From the NCBI GenBank assembly GCA_963739345.1, contig CAVUAA010000002.1:397378-461377 (forward strand): DNA of 64,000 bases. The letters are read 5' to 3'. Below are positions 18,810 through 28,823 of the stretch, in pieces; within the stretch, counting starts at the first letter, position 1, and each line of letters starts with the position of its first letter. The stretch comes from an uncultured Verrucomicrobiae bacterium (GTDB lineage Bacteria; Chlamydiota; Chlamydiia; Chlamydiales; JAFEGQ01). The position numbers were made by a program, and so were the translations under genes. A model generated the notes under the pieces. That model had not been told where the DNA came from and made no database searches. It was given only the letters and a program-made list of their open reading frames with translations.

Positions 18810-20237
18810 TCACCCAAGCAGTTGTCCAAAGTCGATGACTTGGGAGAAGAAGCCTGATTCGGCGACCTCGTCTGTGACGCCGTTGACGTGTATGAGGACA
18901 GGTCGGATGGAGTAGTTCCTAGGAGCCTTTAGCCTCTTGATCTTCTCCTTGATTTCGTCGACCACTGACCATCCCACTTCATCCTTGTTGAACTTGACTT
19001 CGCAAAGATAGAGCGTATTGAAACGAGTCTGAATCAGAAGATCGATTTGGCACCCTTTTTGTTTCAGCGTAGCGGTCTGAAAGTAGGGGCCACCAAATTG
19101 GAAGTCAGCGAGATCGATATGAAGTATTTCGTAAATTTTAGGGCGGTTGTTAAGCACCAAGTTTTCGAATTGCAGACCCATGATGCTGTGCCATTGGGGC
19201 ATTTCGGCTCGACCGTTTTGCAAAACCGTTTCTCTTCTCGGTTCGATATAGCGCAGGTAAAACCGAAGATAGTTGTCGCATAGGCGATAGCGGTTTAGCT
19301 TGCTCCGTTGGGTTGTGCCGGGTTCCCATCTGTACTCGCGAGCTAGGTATCCTGTTTTCACAAGATCATCAAGATAAGTGGATGTGACGCCTCCAGACTG
19401 TTCGCCCATTCCCTGTAGGATAGCTTCTTTAGCGAACGACCCCCTAACGGTTTGCTCGATCAGTTGCTTGTACTTCGCGCTCCGTTGTGAGAATAGATCG
19501 GAGAAGATTCGATCAAATTCGTTAAACAAAATCCCGTCTGGTCTGAAACAGAGTCGCTGGATATTTTCCTCAGCCGATATTTCAGGTCGAATGAGCTCTA
19601 GATAGCGAGGTACACCGCCCGTTACCGAAAGTAGCTTGAATTTTTCATATGGAGAGACAAGCTGAGCCTGTGCATTCCAGAAGTAGGAACATTGTTCTAT
19701 GGGGAGCTCTTTAAGCGTCATATCAAGCGTAACCCGTCCGAAAAAACCCGTTGAGCCGAGAATATTTTTCTCGATCCAGCCCGACATGGATCCGCTAAGA
19801 ATCAGAATGAGTTTTGGGTTTTTGCTCAGTTTTGCATCCCACGCAGTCTTTAGTTTCGGTAAAAACGTCGGGTCCTTGGAACCCATCCAATTGATTTCGT
19901 CCAGTACGATCACCACACGCCCGGTTGAGGTGAGTGCTGCTAGCTGAAGCAAGAGGTAATCCCAATTATCCTTGCGTATGCCAGTTTCGCCAAACTGATC
20001 CGCGAGTTGTGCCGCAAAGTGATCTCTTTGGTGTTGAGCAGAGGTCCCCTCTTCGGGCGCTAGGCCGAGAAAGCTAACGGTACGTAGGGGCTTGCAAAAT
20101 TCTTCGATGAGGCGCGACTTCCCAATGCGACGTCTCCCTTTGATGACGACTAAATTCGCAATTCGGAGCGTTAGTAGTTCGTGGAGAGCTTCGAGCTCAC
20201 GCTCTCGCCCGATAAATTTTTGTTCGTCGTTATTCAC
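18810..20237 (-). CDS. ATPase (archaeal ATPase_2-like) with wHTH and C-terminal PD-(D/E)XK nuclease, paralogue A
   Basis: FIGRERE, GRRRIGKS Walker A, IVLDEI Walker B, GGVPRYL, QIDLL...CEVK; GTG start with AAAGGAG RBS. Confidence 0.88.
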   Translation of the reverse strand: MNNDEQKFIGRERELEALHELLTLRIANLVVIKGRRRIGKSRLIEEFCKPLRTVSFLGLAPEEGTSAQHQRDHFAAQLADQFGETGIRKDNWDYLLLQLAALTSTGRVVIVLDEINWMGSKDPTFLPKLKTAWDAKLSKNPKLILILSGSMSGWIEKNILGSTGFFGRVTLDMTLKELPIEQCSYFWNAQAQLVSPYEKFKLLSVTGGVPRYLELIRPEISAEENIQRLCFRPDGILFNEFDRIFSDLFSQRSAKYKQLIEQTVRGSFAKEAILQGMGEQSGGVTSTYLDDLVKTGYLAREYRWEPGTTQRSKLNRYRLCDNYLRFYLRYIEPRRETVLQNGRAEMPQWHSIMGLQFENLVLNNRPKIYEILHIDLADFQFGGPYFQTATLKQKGCQIDLLIQTRFNTLYLCEVKFNKDEVGWSVVDEIKEKIKRLKAPRNYSIRPVLIHVNGVTDEVAESGFFSQVIDFGQLLG

Positions 20238-20255
20238 TTGGGGCTCCTTTTCGTT

Positions 20256-20403
20256 GCTATCCGCAAATCGCCATTTTAGTGATTTGTGGCTAGATATGTG
20301 CCCGTAATTTTCTATCCACAAATTCGCGTTTCGGCGATTTGCGGATAGATCAATTGGGGCTCAAGTCTATCCGCAAATCGCGTTTTATGCAATTTGCGGA
20401 TGA
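20256..20403. repeat. Three imperfect ~38-bp palindromes at 55-bp period upstream of ATPase A
   Basis: TCTATCCGCAAATCGC..GCGATTTGCGGATAGA-type units starting 20256, 20311, 20366. Confidence 0.88.
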
Positions 20404-20553
20404 ATTTGTCAGTCTATATTTTGTAAGTCGTTAATAATAAGAGGTTAATAAAATTCTAGTAGAGGCTCTAGACAGATGAAATAGGTCCTTTTGAATAGAC
20501 GAGGTGGGGGCGAGAATTGACCATCGGAGGTAAAAAGCGTAGCATGGGCAGCC

Positions 20554-21749
20554 ATGAGAGATGATGTGCGTGATGATTTTCCGATGTTGAGGGGGAGCTG
20601 TGTTATTTGGACACGGCAGCGACGGCGTTGAAGCCGCAGGTGGTGATCGATGCGGTGCAGAGATACTACGCGGAGGAGTGCGGGACGGTTCATCGGGGGG
20701 TGTATGGGCTGGCGGTGAGGAATACTGAGAAACAGCATGAGGTGAGGGGGCAGGTGGCGCGGTTTTTGAATGCGCCATCTGTTGATGAGGTGATTTTCAC
20801 GAAGGGGACGACGGAGGCGTTGAACCTGGTCGCCTACTGTTTGGGCGAGGCGTATGTGGACATGGGCGATGAGGTGGTGATCACTGAGGTGGAGCACCAT
20901 GCCAATATCGTGCCGTGGCAGCTGATGTGCGAGGCGCGGGGGGCGAGTCTCAAGGTGTTGCCGGTGGGTGATGACGGTGAGCTGATCTTGGAGGCGTTTG
21001 AGAATGTGCTGACCCACAAGACGAAGATTGTGGCGCTGGGTCATATTTCGAATGCGATTGGGACGGTACATCCGGTGAAACAGGTGGCGCTGTTGGCCAA
21101 AGAGGTTGGCGCCATGGTGGTGGTCGACGGGGCGCAGGCAGCACCGCATATGAAGATCGATGTGCAGGATCTGGGGGTCGATTTCTACGCGTTTTCGGCC
21201 CACAAGGCGTATGGCCCGACGGGGATTGGGGTGTTGTGGGGGAGGAAGGAGATTTTGGATACGCTCCCTCCTTATCAGGGGGGAGGGGACATGATTGAGG
21301 AGGTCACCTTCGAGGAGACCACCTACAATACGGTGCCGTTCCGGTTTGAGGCGGGGACGCCCCACATTGCGGGGATTCATGGATTGGGTGCGGCGATTGA
21401 GTATATTGAGAGTGTGGGTTTGGAGGCGATAGGTGCGCATGAGCAGCAGTTGCTAGCACATGCAACGAAGAGGATTGAGGAGGTTCCTGGGGTGCGGATC
21501 ATCGGAGAGGCGGAGCACAAGGCGGCGATCTTGAGCTTTGTGATTGAGGGGTGTCATCCGCTTGATGTGGGGACGCTGCTCGATCAGGAGGGGATTGCGG
21601 TGCGGACCGGTCACCACTGCGCCCAGCCGGCGATGAACCGCTTTGGGGTAAAGCACACAATTCGGGCCTCTTTTGCCCTTTACAACACTCTAAGTGATGT
21701 CGATCGGTTGATCGATGCGCTCAAGAAAATCCAGGCTAAACTTAAGTAA
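20554..21749 (+). CDS. sufS: Cysteine desulfurase SufS, with apparent 1-nt deletion in G-run at 20591-20595
   Basis: MRDDVRDDFPML then YLDTAAT in another frame; FSAHKAYGP, RTGHHCA motifs. Confidence 0.93.
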
Positions 21750-22566
21750 CGCCGAAGTAGCCGACGTCTTCTTCGATGCCGATGAGCCACGAGATGGTCT
21801 GGTGTTCGAGCTGCTGTAAGATGAAATGCCATGATATCCAGAGAATTGCCATGCCGACGAGCGACTTGAGCGCCCAGCCGAGGAAGGCCATGGGGACTTG
21901 GGGGGCCATCCGGTTGGAGATACCGAGAAAGAGGTCGGACATGAGGATGGCGACGAGGGCGGGGGCTGCGAGCTGAGCGGCGATCGACATGACGATGTTA
22001 CCAGCGTCGATCAGCTTTTGGGCGAGGGGGGTCTCGAGGTCAAGGAAGAAGGCGGGGTGGAGATATTCGTTTGGCGGGATGACGGTGAAAGAGAGGGAGA
22101 CGGAGTCTAGGAAGTAGAAGAGTCCGCCGATAGCCAAGAACATGTAGATGAGGACGAAGTTGTAGAGCTGGCCGATGGGGGAGTTTTGGGTCTGGAGGGT
22201 GGGGTCGGTCATCATCATGCTCGATGAGCCCCGCTGGTTGTCGATCAGGATGCCGGAGGTGTTGGCGATCCAGAAGGGCATGGAGACGAGGAAGCCGAGG
22301 ATGAAGCCGATTACCAGTTCTTTGAAGACGAGGCCAATGAAGTTGACGTCAAAGATGATGGGCTCGGGGGTGAGGTTCATCAGGAGGGGGAGAAAGATGA
22401 CGGAGAGACTGAGCAGGAGGCCCATCTTCACAGGGCCTGGGAGGAGGCGGGCGCCAAAGAAGGGAGCCATGACGATGATGGGGGCGAGCCGCATCATGCA
22501 GAGGACCAGGAGGAGGAAGAGCGACATGGGATGGGGGTTGTCTAGGACGAGGGAGAAGTAGTCCAC
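21742..22566 (-). CDS. sctT: T3SS export apparatus SctT
   Basis: Multi-TM; IDNQRG, ISNRMAPQ motifs; operon position. Confidence 0.93.
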   Translation of the reverse strand: MDYFSLVLDNPHPMSLFLLLVLCMMRLAPIIVMAPFFGARLLPGPVKMGLLLSLSVIFLPLLMNLTPEPIIFDVNFIGLVFKELVIGFILGFLVSMPFWIANTSGILIDNQRGSSSMMMTDPTLQTQNSPIGQLYNFVLIYMFLAIGGLFYFLDSVSLSFTVIPPNEYLHPAFFLDLETPLAQKLIDAGNIVMSIAAQLAAPALVAILMSDLFLGISNRMAPQVPMAFLGWALKSLVGMAILWISWHFILQQLEHQTISWLIGIEEDVGYFGVT

Positions 22567-22836
22567 TTAGGTTTGCCAGCGGGGGAAGTTGACGAAGATG
22601 TTGGAGGCGAACTGGAGGATCTGGGCGCCGAGATAGCCGCCCATGAGGACGATAGTGAGGATGGCTGCGACGAGTTTTACGGTAAAGGAGAGGGTCTGCT
22701 CTTGAATTTGTGTAGCCGCCTGGAAGATGGCGACGGTGAGGCCGGCGAGCATGGAGATGAGGATGGGGGGGGCGGAGAGAATGAGGATCATGAAGAGCGC
22801 TTCGTAGGTCAGCTGATAGATCTCATCTTGAAACAT
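22567..22836 (-). CDS. sctS: T3SS export apparatus SctS
   Basis: FQAATQIQEQTLSFTVKL motif. Confidence 0.95.
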   Translation of the reverse strand: MFQDEIYQLTYEALFMILILSAPPILISMLAGLTVAIFQAATQIQEQTLSFTVKLVAAILTIVLMGGYLGAQILQFASNIFVNFPRWQT

Positions 22837-22843
22837 GGCTATC

Positions 22844-23545
22844 TCACGGGTTGAATGAAAGGACCAGCCCTTGCACAAGGATCGCCCAGCCGTCGAGCAT
22901 CACGAGGAGGAGCAGCTTGAGCGGGATCGCAATGGTGATGGGGGAGAGCATCATCATTCCCATCGCAAGGAGGATGTTGGAGGTGACCAGGTCGATGACG
23001 AAGAAGGGGAGGTAGATGAGGACCCCTATCTGGAAGGCATCCTCGACCTGTGATGTGATATAGGCGGGGATGAGGATGATGAAGTCGTGAACATTCATTG
23101 AGCTCCGCACCTGAGGAGGAAAAAACTTGTAGGCGATCCGGTAGAACGCCCGCTGGTGTTTGGAACGGGAGTTTTTGATCAGGAACTCACGGAGTGGCTC
23201 ACGCGCCTCTTTGATCACTTCGATGTAGAAGACGGAGGATTCGGCCGAGATCAGCTCGGTTGGTGCATTCTCGAACATTGGTTCCACCCGCTCATACATC
23301 GCCATTCCGGTGGGGAACATGACGTAGAGGACGAGGATGAGGGCGATACCGTTGATCACCTGGTTGGGGGGTGCTTGTTGGACGCCCATTGCGCTTCGGA
23401 GCAGAGAGAGGACAATCACAACTTTGGTGAAGCTTGTGAGGAGGAGGACGAGGAAGGGGAGGAGGCTGAGGCCCACAAGGACCAACATCTGGGCGATGAG
23501 GGGAGGGGTCTGAATTTGGGCATCCGCCGCTTGTGCCCAAGCCAT
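22844..23545 (-). CDS. sctR: T3SS export apparatus SctR; true start may be 23590 with indels in the N-terminus
   Basis: TSFTK, QQAPPNQV, LLAMGMMMLSP, LDGW motifs. Confidence 0.95.
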   Translation of the reverse strand: MAWAQAADAQIQTPPLIAQMLVLVGLSLLPFLVLLLTSFTKVVIVLSLLRSAMGVQQAPPNQVINGIALILVLYVMFPTGMAMYERVEPMFENAPTELISAESSVFYIEVIKEAREPLREFLIKNSRSKHQRAFYRIAYKFFPPQVRSSMNVHDFIILIPAYITSQVEDAFQIGVLIYLPFFVIDLVTSNILLAMGMMMLSPITIAIPLKLLLLVMLDGWAILVQGLVLSFNP

Positions 23546-23586
23546 GCTCGGAAGGAGGAAGCGCTATGAGCAAAAGCCAGCGTTTT

Positions 23587-24216
23587 TCATCCGTGATCCT
23601 TTAAGATCCGCTCGAACGCCCGCTGCAGAGAGTTCACTTGCGTCTCCCACTGAGCGTTGATGATGCCAGCCTCGGTCTCGATGATGCAGCCACCCTGTTG
23701 GACATCGCCACGTTCTTGAACGACTAGGTTCTCAAGCCGCTCAAACATCTGCTTCATCTCATCTTTTCGTCGCTGGAGATTCTCATAATCATCTTTGTGA
23801 CAGTAGACGGTGATCCGCTTGTGGTCGGCGACCGATTTGAGATTCTTCATCACGATGTCGCCAATGGTGTCGGGGTTGAGCGAAAGCTCACGCCCGACCA
23901 GCGCTTCAGCTGCTTTGAGGGCGACCGGGAGCACCTTTGCGTGCACTTCGTCGTACACTTTGGCAATTTCCTGCTCGATGAGGGCGATCTGGTCGGCCCA
24001 AGCCGCCTCACCCTTTTCGAAGCCCCGCTTTTCGGCCTCTTCTTTTAGACGCTCAGCTTCTTCGAACGCCTCCTTGCGGAACTGCTCATCTTCCTCTCGG
24101 ATCTTGGCGAGTAGATCTTTCGCTTCGATGAGGCTTGAGAACTGATCGGCTTTGAGCACCTTGCCCCCCGGAGCCTGTGCAAGCTTATCGCCATAGAGGA
24201 GGGAAAAATAGCTCAT
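23587..24216 (-). CDS. sctL: T3SS stator SctL
   Basis: GGCIIETEAGIINA motif; operon position. Confidence 0.92.
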   Translation of the reverse strand: MSYFSLLYGDKLAQAPGGKVLKADQFSSLIEAKDLLAKIREEDEQFRKEAFEEAERLKEEAEKRGFEKGEAAWADQIALIEQEIAKVYDEVHAKVLPVALKAAEALVGRELSLNPDTIGDIVMKNLKSVADHKRITVYCHKDDYENLQRRKDEMKQMFERLENLVVQERGDVQQGGCIIETEAGIINAQWETQVNSLQRAFERILKDHG

Positions 24217-25028
24217 GCCAACGCTCCTAGCTGGAGAAATTCAATCGTCGCTTCCACCTGTCCGGTTAGCTTCTCTCCCATTTTCGGTGCGATGGTCTCC
24301 TGCGCGTGACGCATGATCCAACGGCCGCGGCCGCTGTCGATGCGGTGGGCGAGGTGCCAGACAAATGATCTGTCGTGATGGGAGAGGGCGCGGCCGAGGC
24401 GGATCAGCCCGCTCTGTTGACTTTTCGTTTGGAAGTCAGCAATCCAAGCGGAGAGGCCGTGGCGGGGGCCCGGCATCGGATCGCTCACCTGCATCCACCG
24501 CTTCAAGAACTTGCGCTGCCCATCGGTGATGAGGGCATCCACTTCTCGAAGGAGGCGGCTCTCAATCGTCTTTTTCATCTCGTCGGCCAGATCGATCATT
24601 CCCAGATAGCCGATGAGGCGAGCAAGCACTCGTCCGTCAAGGTCGATGAGCGCTTGGAGGGGGGGGGGGCTAAGGCAGGCGAGAGGAACTACTGACGGTG
24701 CACCGAGAAGGTTGAGAAGATTGCCGAGGAGAAAAGCGGTTGGTGCGGGGGGCAATTTCCCGTCGATCGCCGACTGGTAGAGGGGGCGTCGTTCTGAGGG
24801 CTCTTTGGTGAGTGCCTGTTCAATCCAAGAGGGGTGGTAGGCGGCGATGGCCACCTGTCCCGAGGCACGCAGCGGCTCTATCTGCAATGGGCCTACGTTG
24901 ACCTCTCGCATTGCAGCTTGCTCGCGGTTACTGAAGTGTTCGAGGAGAGTCTGACTCTCTTGCGGGTGGAACCGCTCAACGAGCGACAGAAGCACTGCTG
25001 CCCGCTTACGAATCGTAAGCGTCGTCAT
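24213..25028 (-). CDS. T3SS-associated protein (CT560/SctK-like)
   Basis: Between sctJ and sctL as in Chlamydia; HPSWI and YLGMIDLA motifs. Confidence 0.7.
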   Translation of the reverse strand: MTTLTIRKRAAVLLSLVERFHPQESQTLLEHFSNREQAAMREVNVGPLQIEPLRASGQVAIAAYHPSWIEQALTKEPSERRPLYQSAIDGKLPPAPTAFLLGNLLNLLGAPSVVPLACLSPPPLQALIDLDGRVLARLIGYLGMIDLADEMKKTIESRLLREVDALITDGQRKFLKRWMQVSDPMPGPRHGLSAWIADFQTKSQQSGLIRLGRALSHHDRSFVWHLAHRIDSGRGRWIMRHAQETIAPKMGEKLTGQVEATIEFLQLGALA

Positions 25029-26020
25029 TCGTCTTCCTCTTCTTCATCCTCATCGGAGGGGAAGTCGAAGTCCTCCTCATCTTCCTCCTCACCCTGCTTC
25101 TTTTTCTTCTTCCGTTCGGGAAGTCCCTCAAAGTGGAGAGGGCGGGTGTGGGTGAAGAGCCCTTGCGCTCCCCCAGACTCCTGGATCGCCGGGAACGTTT
25201 TCCAGAGGAGCCAGGCGATAAAGCCAGCGAGGATGAGAATGATGAGACAGAGGACTAGCGCAACAATGCGGAAGCGGGTGGCCGACTCTTTGGCCACCAC
25301 CAACGTCCAAACGCGTGTGTAGTCCCGGTCCCCATCGGACATCATGTCCGCCTCCTGTTCGAGCACCACATCGGTGAAGCGGGAGCGGTCGGTCACCACC
25401 GTCACGTTGTTGAAGTCGAGCCCCACAACACTTGAAGAGACCAGCCGCTTGATCTTCGTCACCAGCTGACTGTTCGGATCGTCTAACACCCCCTGGTGCT
25501 TTACATAGACCGACGCCGTTACATGCTCCTCGTCTTTCTCTTGGCCCGGAAGGGAGGCTTGTTCTTGCGGAAATGAGATTTGCACCGCAGCATCTAAGAC
25601 TCCATCGATTTGCCTGATGGTGCCGGCGAGCTGTGCGGAGAGCCCCTCCTGATAGCGAATTTGCTCCTCTTGCGCAGAAGAGACCAGTCCGCTTTTTGCA
25701 AAGAGGGTGAGGAGGTTGGCTCCCTTACGTCTGGGGAGGCCGTTTCGATTGAGAATGGCCAACGCTTCGGTCTGCTGACTTGCCGGAACCATCACAGAAA
25801 ACATCTGCTGCTGGCCCGCACCGGCCGCCGCACCCGTCACAGCTTTTGCCTCTTTTTCAGCCGCGATCCCCCGCGCTGCCAAAAAGACCAAAATTTCATT
25901 GGCTTGCTTTTCGTCAATGTCGCTCACCAGCTCTCTTTTTCCCTCACAAGAAAAAAGTGCGGCGGCCATCAGTACGAGTAGTAGTGGACGAAAGACGAAC
26001 CTCATAAACGAATCACTCAC
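25025..26020 (-). CDS. sctJ: T3SS inner-membrane ring lipoprotein SctJ
   Basis: Lipobox LFSC, ANEILVFL, IDGVLDA, TASVYVKH, C-terminal TM. Confidence 0.95.
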   Translation of the reverse strand: MSDSFMRFVFRPLLLVLMAAALFSCEGKRELVSDIDEKQANEILVFLAARGIAAEKEAKAVTGAAAGAGQQQMFSVMVPASQQTEALAILNRNGLPRRKGANLLTLFAKSGLVSSAQEEQIRYQEGLSAQLAGTIRQIDGVLDAAVQISFPQEQASLPGQEKDEEHVTASVYVKHQGVLDDPNSQLVTKIKRLVSSSVVGLDFNNVTVVTDRSRFTDVVLEQEADMMSDGDRDYTRVWTLVVAKESATRFRIVALVLCLIILILAGFIAWLLWKTFPAIQESGGAQGLFTHTRPLHFEGLPERKKKKKQGEEEDEEDFDFPSDEDEEEEDE

Positions 26021-26117
26021 TGTGTCTTTGTTACAGCGGATCCTAGCACACCCCCTACTTTACACCTTAGGCGAAATAATCCTGTACAGAGGTTTATGTT
26101 TCCTTCATACTGTTTTC

Positions 26118-27527
26118 ATGTCATTAACGAAGTATCCAGAAGGCTCTGTCCGCGAGCTCATGTGGGTGGCATTCCCCCTCATGCTCTCCTCCCTTTCCAC
26201 TCTGGCGATGGTTTTTGTCGACCGTCTCTTCCTCGCACACTACTCTCCTGCAGCACTCAGCGCTGCGGTCACCGCCGGTACCATGTGGTGGGCGATCACC
26301 GGAGCTCTCCTTATTCTGGCAGCCATGTCAGAGGTGTTTGTCGCGCAGTATAACGGTGCCGGACTCCATGAGAGAATTGGGCGACCTGTTTGGCAGATGA
26401 TCTGGTTTTCCTTCGGCACAATACTTATTTGCATCCCCCTCGGCCTCTACGGCGGCCGCCTCATCTTTCACGACAGCGTCAACTTTCAGCTCGAAACCAG
26501 CTACTTCGGTTGGCTTAACTTCTTTGGCCCCACTTGGCCTCTCTCTGCTGCCCTCTCCGCCTTTTGGGTTGGAAGGGGGAAGGTGCGGATGGTCACCATG
26601 CTCGCCCTTCTCGCTAACGGCCTTAACATCCTACTCGACTGGATCCTCATCTTTGGTATCGAAGGGTACGTTCCCTCCATGGGCGTTGTGGGCGCTGCCG
26701 TTGCCACCAGTTTCGGTAACGTCGTTCAGGTGGCGATTCTTTTAGGCCTATTCTTACGCAAACCGAATCGGGACAAGTTTGGCACCGGCCGCTTCAAGCT
26801 TCACTTTGCAGAATTTCGCCGTTGCCTAAAAGTGGGTGGCCCGCAGGCCACACTCTTCTTTTTCGAAGCAGTTGGGTGGGGGATATTTTACATCTTCCTT
26901 CGAAAGACCAGCGCCCTCAACATCTACACCGCTGGTATCGCGCAATCGGTCCTCATCCTCTTCTTCTTCATTGCAGAGGGAGTGGGACGTGGCGCCTCTG
27001 CCATCACCGGCAACATGATTGGCAGCGGCCGTCATGGAGAGGCGTTCAAAGTCTTTTGGGCTGGCATCAAGCTCCACCTCATCTTCTTCTGCCTCGTTGC
27101 AGTCGTTTTCATTGGTTTTCCCGATATGATCATCGATCTCTTCGTCAACGACACTACCGGCGTCCTTACCGAAGGGGGGACCCAACTCTCTGCAGCCCTA
27201 GAACTGCTAGAGGAGGGAGAGCTCGTTCACACCCTTCGCCTCACCTTCCGCGTCCTCACCCTCTACCTCCTCTTTGAAGGGGTTCGCTGGCTCATCTCCG
27301 GCATCCTCACCTCTGCAGGTGACACCCTCTTCCTTCTCATCGCCGGCACCGTCACCGTCCCCCTCCTCCTCCTCCTTCCCACCTGGTACTTCGTCGGCTA
27401 CCTCCACATTGGCGTCGTCGGCGCCTACATCCTCTCCGTCGCCTACGTCGCCGTTGTTGCCGGCATCTTCTACTGGCGCTTTGTCGCCCGCAAATGGCAA
27501 AACATCCAGCTCATCTCCCCGACCTAA
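26118..27527 (+). CDS. MATE family efflux transporter
   Basis: 12 TM pattern; FVDRLFL, VAQYNGA, NILLDWILIFG, GVVGAAVAT. Confidence 0.9.
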   Translation: MSLTKYPEGSVRELMWVAFPLMLSSLSTLAMVFVDRLFLAHYSPAALSAAVTAGTMWWAITGALLILAAMSEVFVAQYNGAGLHERIGRPVWQMIWFSFGTILICIPLGLYGGRLIFHDSVNFQLETSYFGWLNFFGPTWPLSAALSAFWVGRGKVRMVTMLALLANGLNILLDWILIFGIEGYVPSMGVVGAAVATSFGNVVQVAILLGLFLRKPNRDKFGTGRFKLHFAEFRRCLKVGGPQATLFFFEAVGWGIFYIFLRKTSALNIYTAGIAQSVLILFFFIAEGVGRGASAITGNMIGSGRHGEAFKVFWAGIKLHLIFFCLVAVVFIGFPDMIIDLFVNDTTGVLTEGGTQLSAALELLEEGELVHTLRLTFRVLTLYLLFEGVRWLISGILTSAGDTLFLLIAGTVTVPLLLLLPTWYFVGYLHIGVVGAYILSVAYVAVVAGIFYWRFVARKWQNIQLISPT

Positions 27528-27627
27528 GACCCCAATTGCCACCCTACCGTCCCCCTATCCCGCCTGTTTTTGGCAATCTACTTTGCCTCGCTCCTCAGAC
27601 GTGGCTGGTGGCCACGCCGTTCGTCGG
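27528..27627. mobile_element. MITE-like element, left half
   Basis: GACCCCAATTGCCACCCT left TIR right after MATE stop, plus conserved core; right end diverged. Confidence 0.78.
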
Positions 27628-27791
27628 ATTTCCCGGTCCTCGCGGCGCTCGCGACGGTCTAAAACCATCTTTAGCGTGAGGTTCAGGTCGCCAACCTAGC
27701 GGCTCAGCGTAGTGGCAGAATTAATCACATGATTTGGTAGTCACGTGCGCCTAACTCATTGACAATCAGATTTTTGGCCGCGACTAAAAAT

Positions 27792-27889
27792 ACGTCGATG
27801 TTAGAATGGTCGCGACAATTCTAACATCGACGTTATTTCTGCCGCGCTAACGTCCACTTCGGTGCCTGGCACCAAAGTGGACGTTAGCG
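27792..27889. repeat. Two adjacent REP-like palindromes (42 and 45 bp)
   Basis: ACGTCGATGTTAGAAT..ATTCTAACATCGACGT and CGCTAACGTCCACTT..AAGTGGACGTTAGCG. Confidence 0.85.
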
Positions 27890-28077
27890 ATCAGGCGAGG
27901 CGGTTCATGACTCGCTCGTAGTTGTGGTAGAGCAGCTTTATTGCGATCTCGAGATGAGCTCTGTGAAGCTCAGAGGCGGCTTGCCAAATTCACAGCCTGC
28001 TGCCATCCGGAATCGGCATCTCGCAGTCAGTTTTCCGCCGTTTGAGGTTCTGGTCGTCCACTTTGCTTGCGGTGCCT

Positions 28078-28818
28078 CTAAGATTCTGTGCAGAGAGTGA
28101 GGTAGGTGGCGAGGGGGTCGGGAGGGTTTTGCTTGAGGAGGGAGGTGGCGACGGCGGCAATTTCGCTGTCATTAGGGAACTGGGAGAGGATGTAGGCAGC
28201 CTGTTCAGTGTCGGGGCTGATCTCGGTATGAAGAAGAATGCGAAGGCAGAAGTCGCGGGCAGGGGTGCCGATGCGCAGAAGGGCTGCTGTCGCCTCCTCA
28301 TCAATGAAAGTGTCTTCATGACCGACGGTCTCGAAGAGGGCAGGAATCGCTTCAAGCGAGTTGAGGCAGCGGCAGGCCAGGCCGATGGCAAAGCCGTAGC
28401 CGGGGAAGAGGGGGTCGAGGAGGTTGGGGGTGTGGAGCAGCTTAAGGAGGGCAGGTGGTGGCTTTTTCGCCCACCTTGATCAGAGCGGCTACTGCTTCTT
28501 CCTCGTCCTCGTTTTCCGAAAGGATCAGATCGGAGATGAGACGGGGAATGGGATTCTTCTCATCCTCCACCTCGTAGATGGCGCGTAGGTTGTGGTACAT
28601 GGCAAGAGATTCATCTACGCGAGCCTGATCAGCTTCGGAAAGTGTGTAGGCCTCAGGGTATAGCCGCAATGCGCCTGCACACGCTCGATTTCGAGCACAG
28701 CTCCTTTGCCCCCTTTCTCATAGTAGTCGAGCATGATGCCAAAGCTCCCCCCAAAGTGAGCGTGCCGGTGCATCAGCACCTCAATGTCATCAGAGTCGTA
28801 AAGGGGTAGTCCTTCCAT
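28078..28818 (-). pseudogene. HEAT-repeat-like hypothetical protein split by two frameshifts (~28670, ~28455)
   Basis: Three consecutive frames join into one plausible helical protein ending LTLCTES*; may be assembly error. Confidence 0.6.
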
Positions 28819-28823
28819 CTTCG

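Noticed and set aside
20238-20321. N-terminal extensions of ATPase A (to 20321) and B (to 50657) in the ORF track
   Set aside because: They run through the palindrome arrays; paralogue alignment and the RBS support the shorter starts.
20256-20403. CRISPR array
   Set aside because: Only three degenerate units, 16-bp spacers and no cas genes in the window; fits operator-like repeats better.
23545-23590. Stop-codon recoding (in-frame TAG in sctR leader)
   Set aside because: TAG, TGA and TAA all end conserved genes normally here; indels explain it more simply.
27891-27990. Possible transposase C-terminal remnant (HLEIAIKLLYHNYERVMNRLA)
   Set aside because: Too short, no DDE residues visible; cannot be supported without a search.
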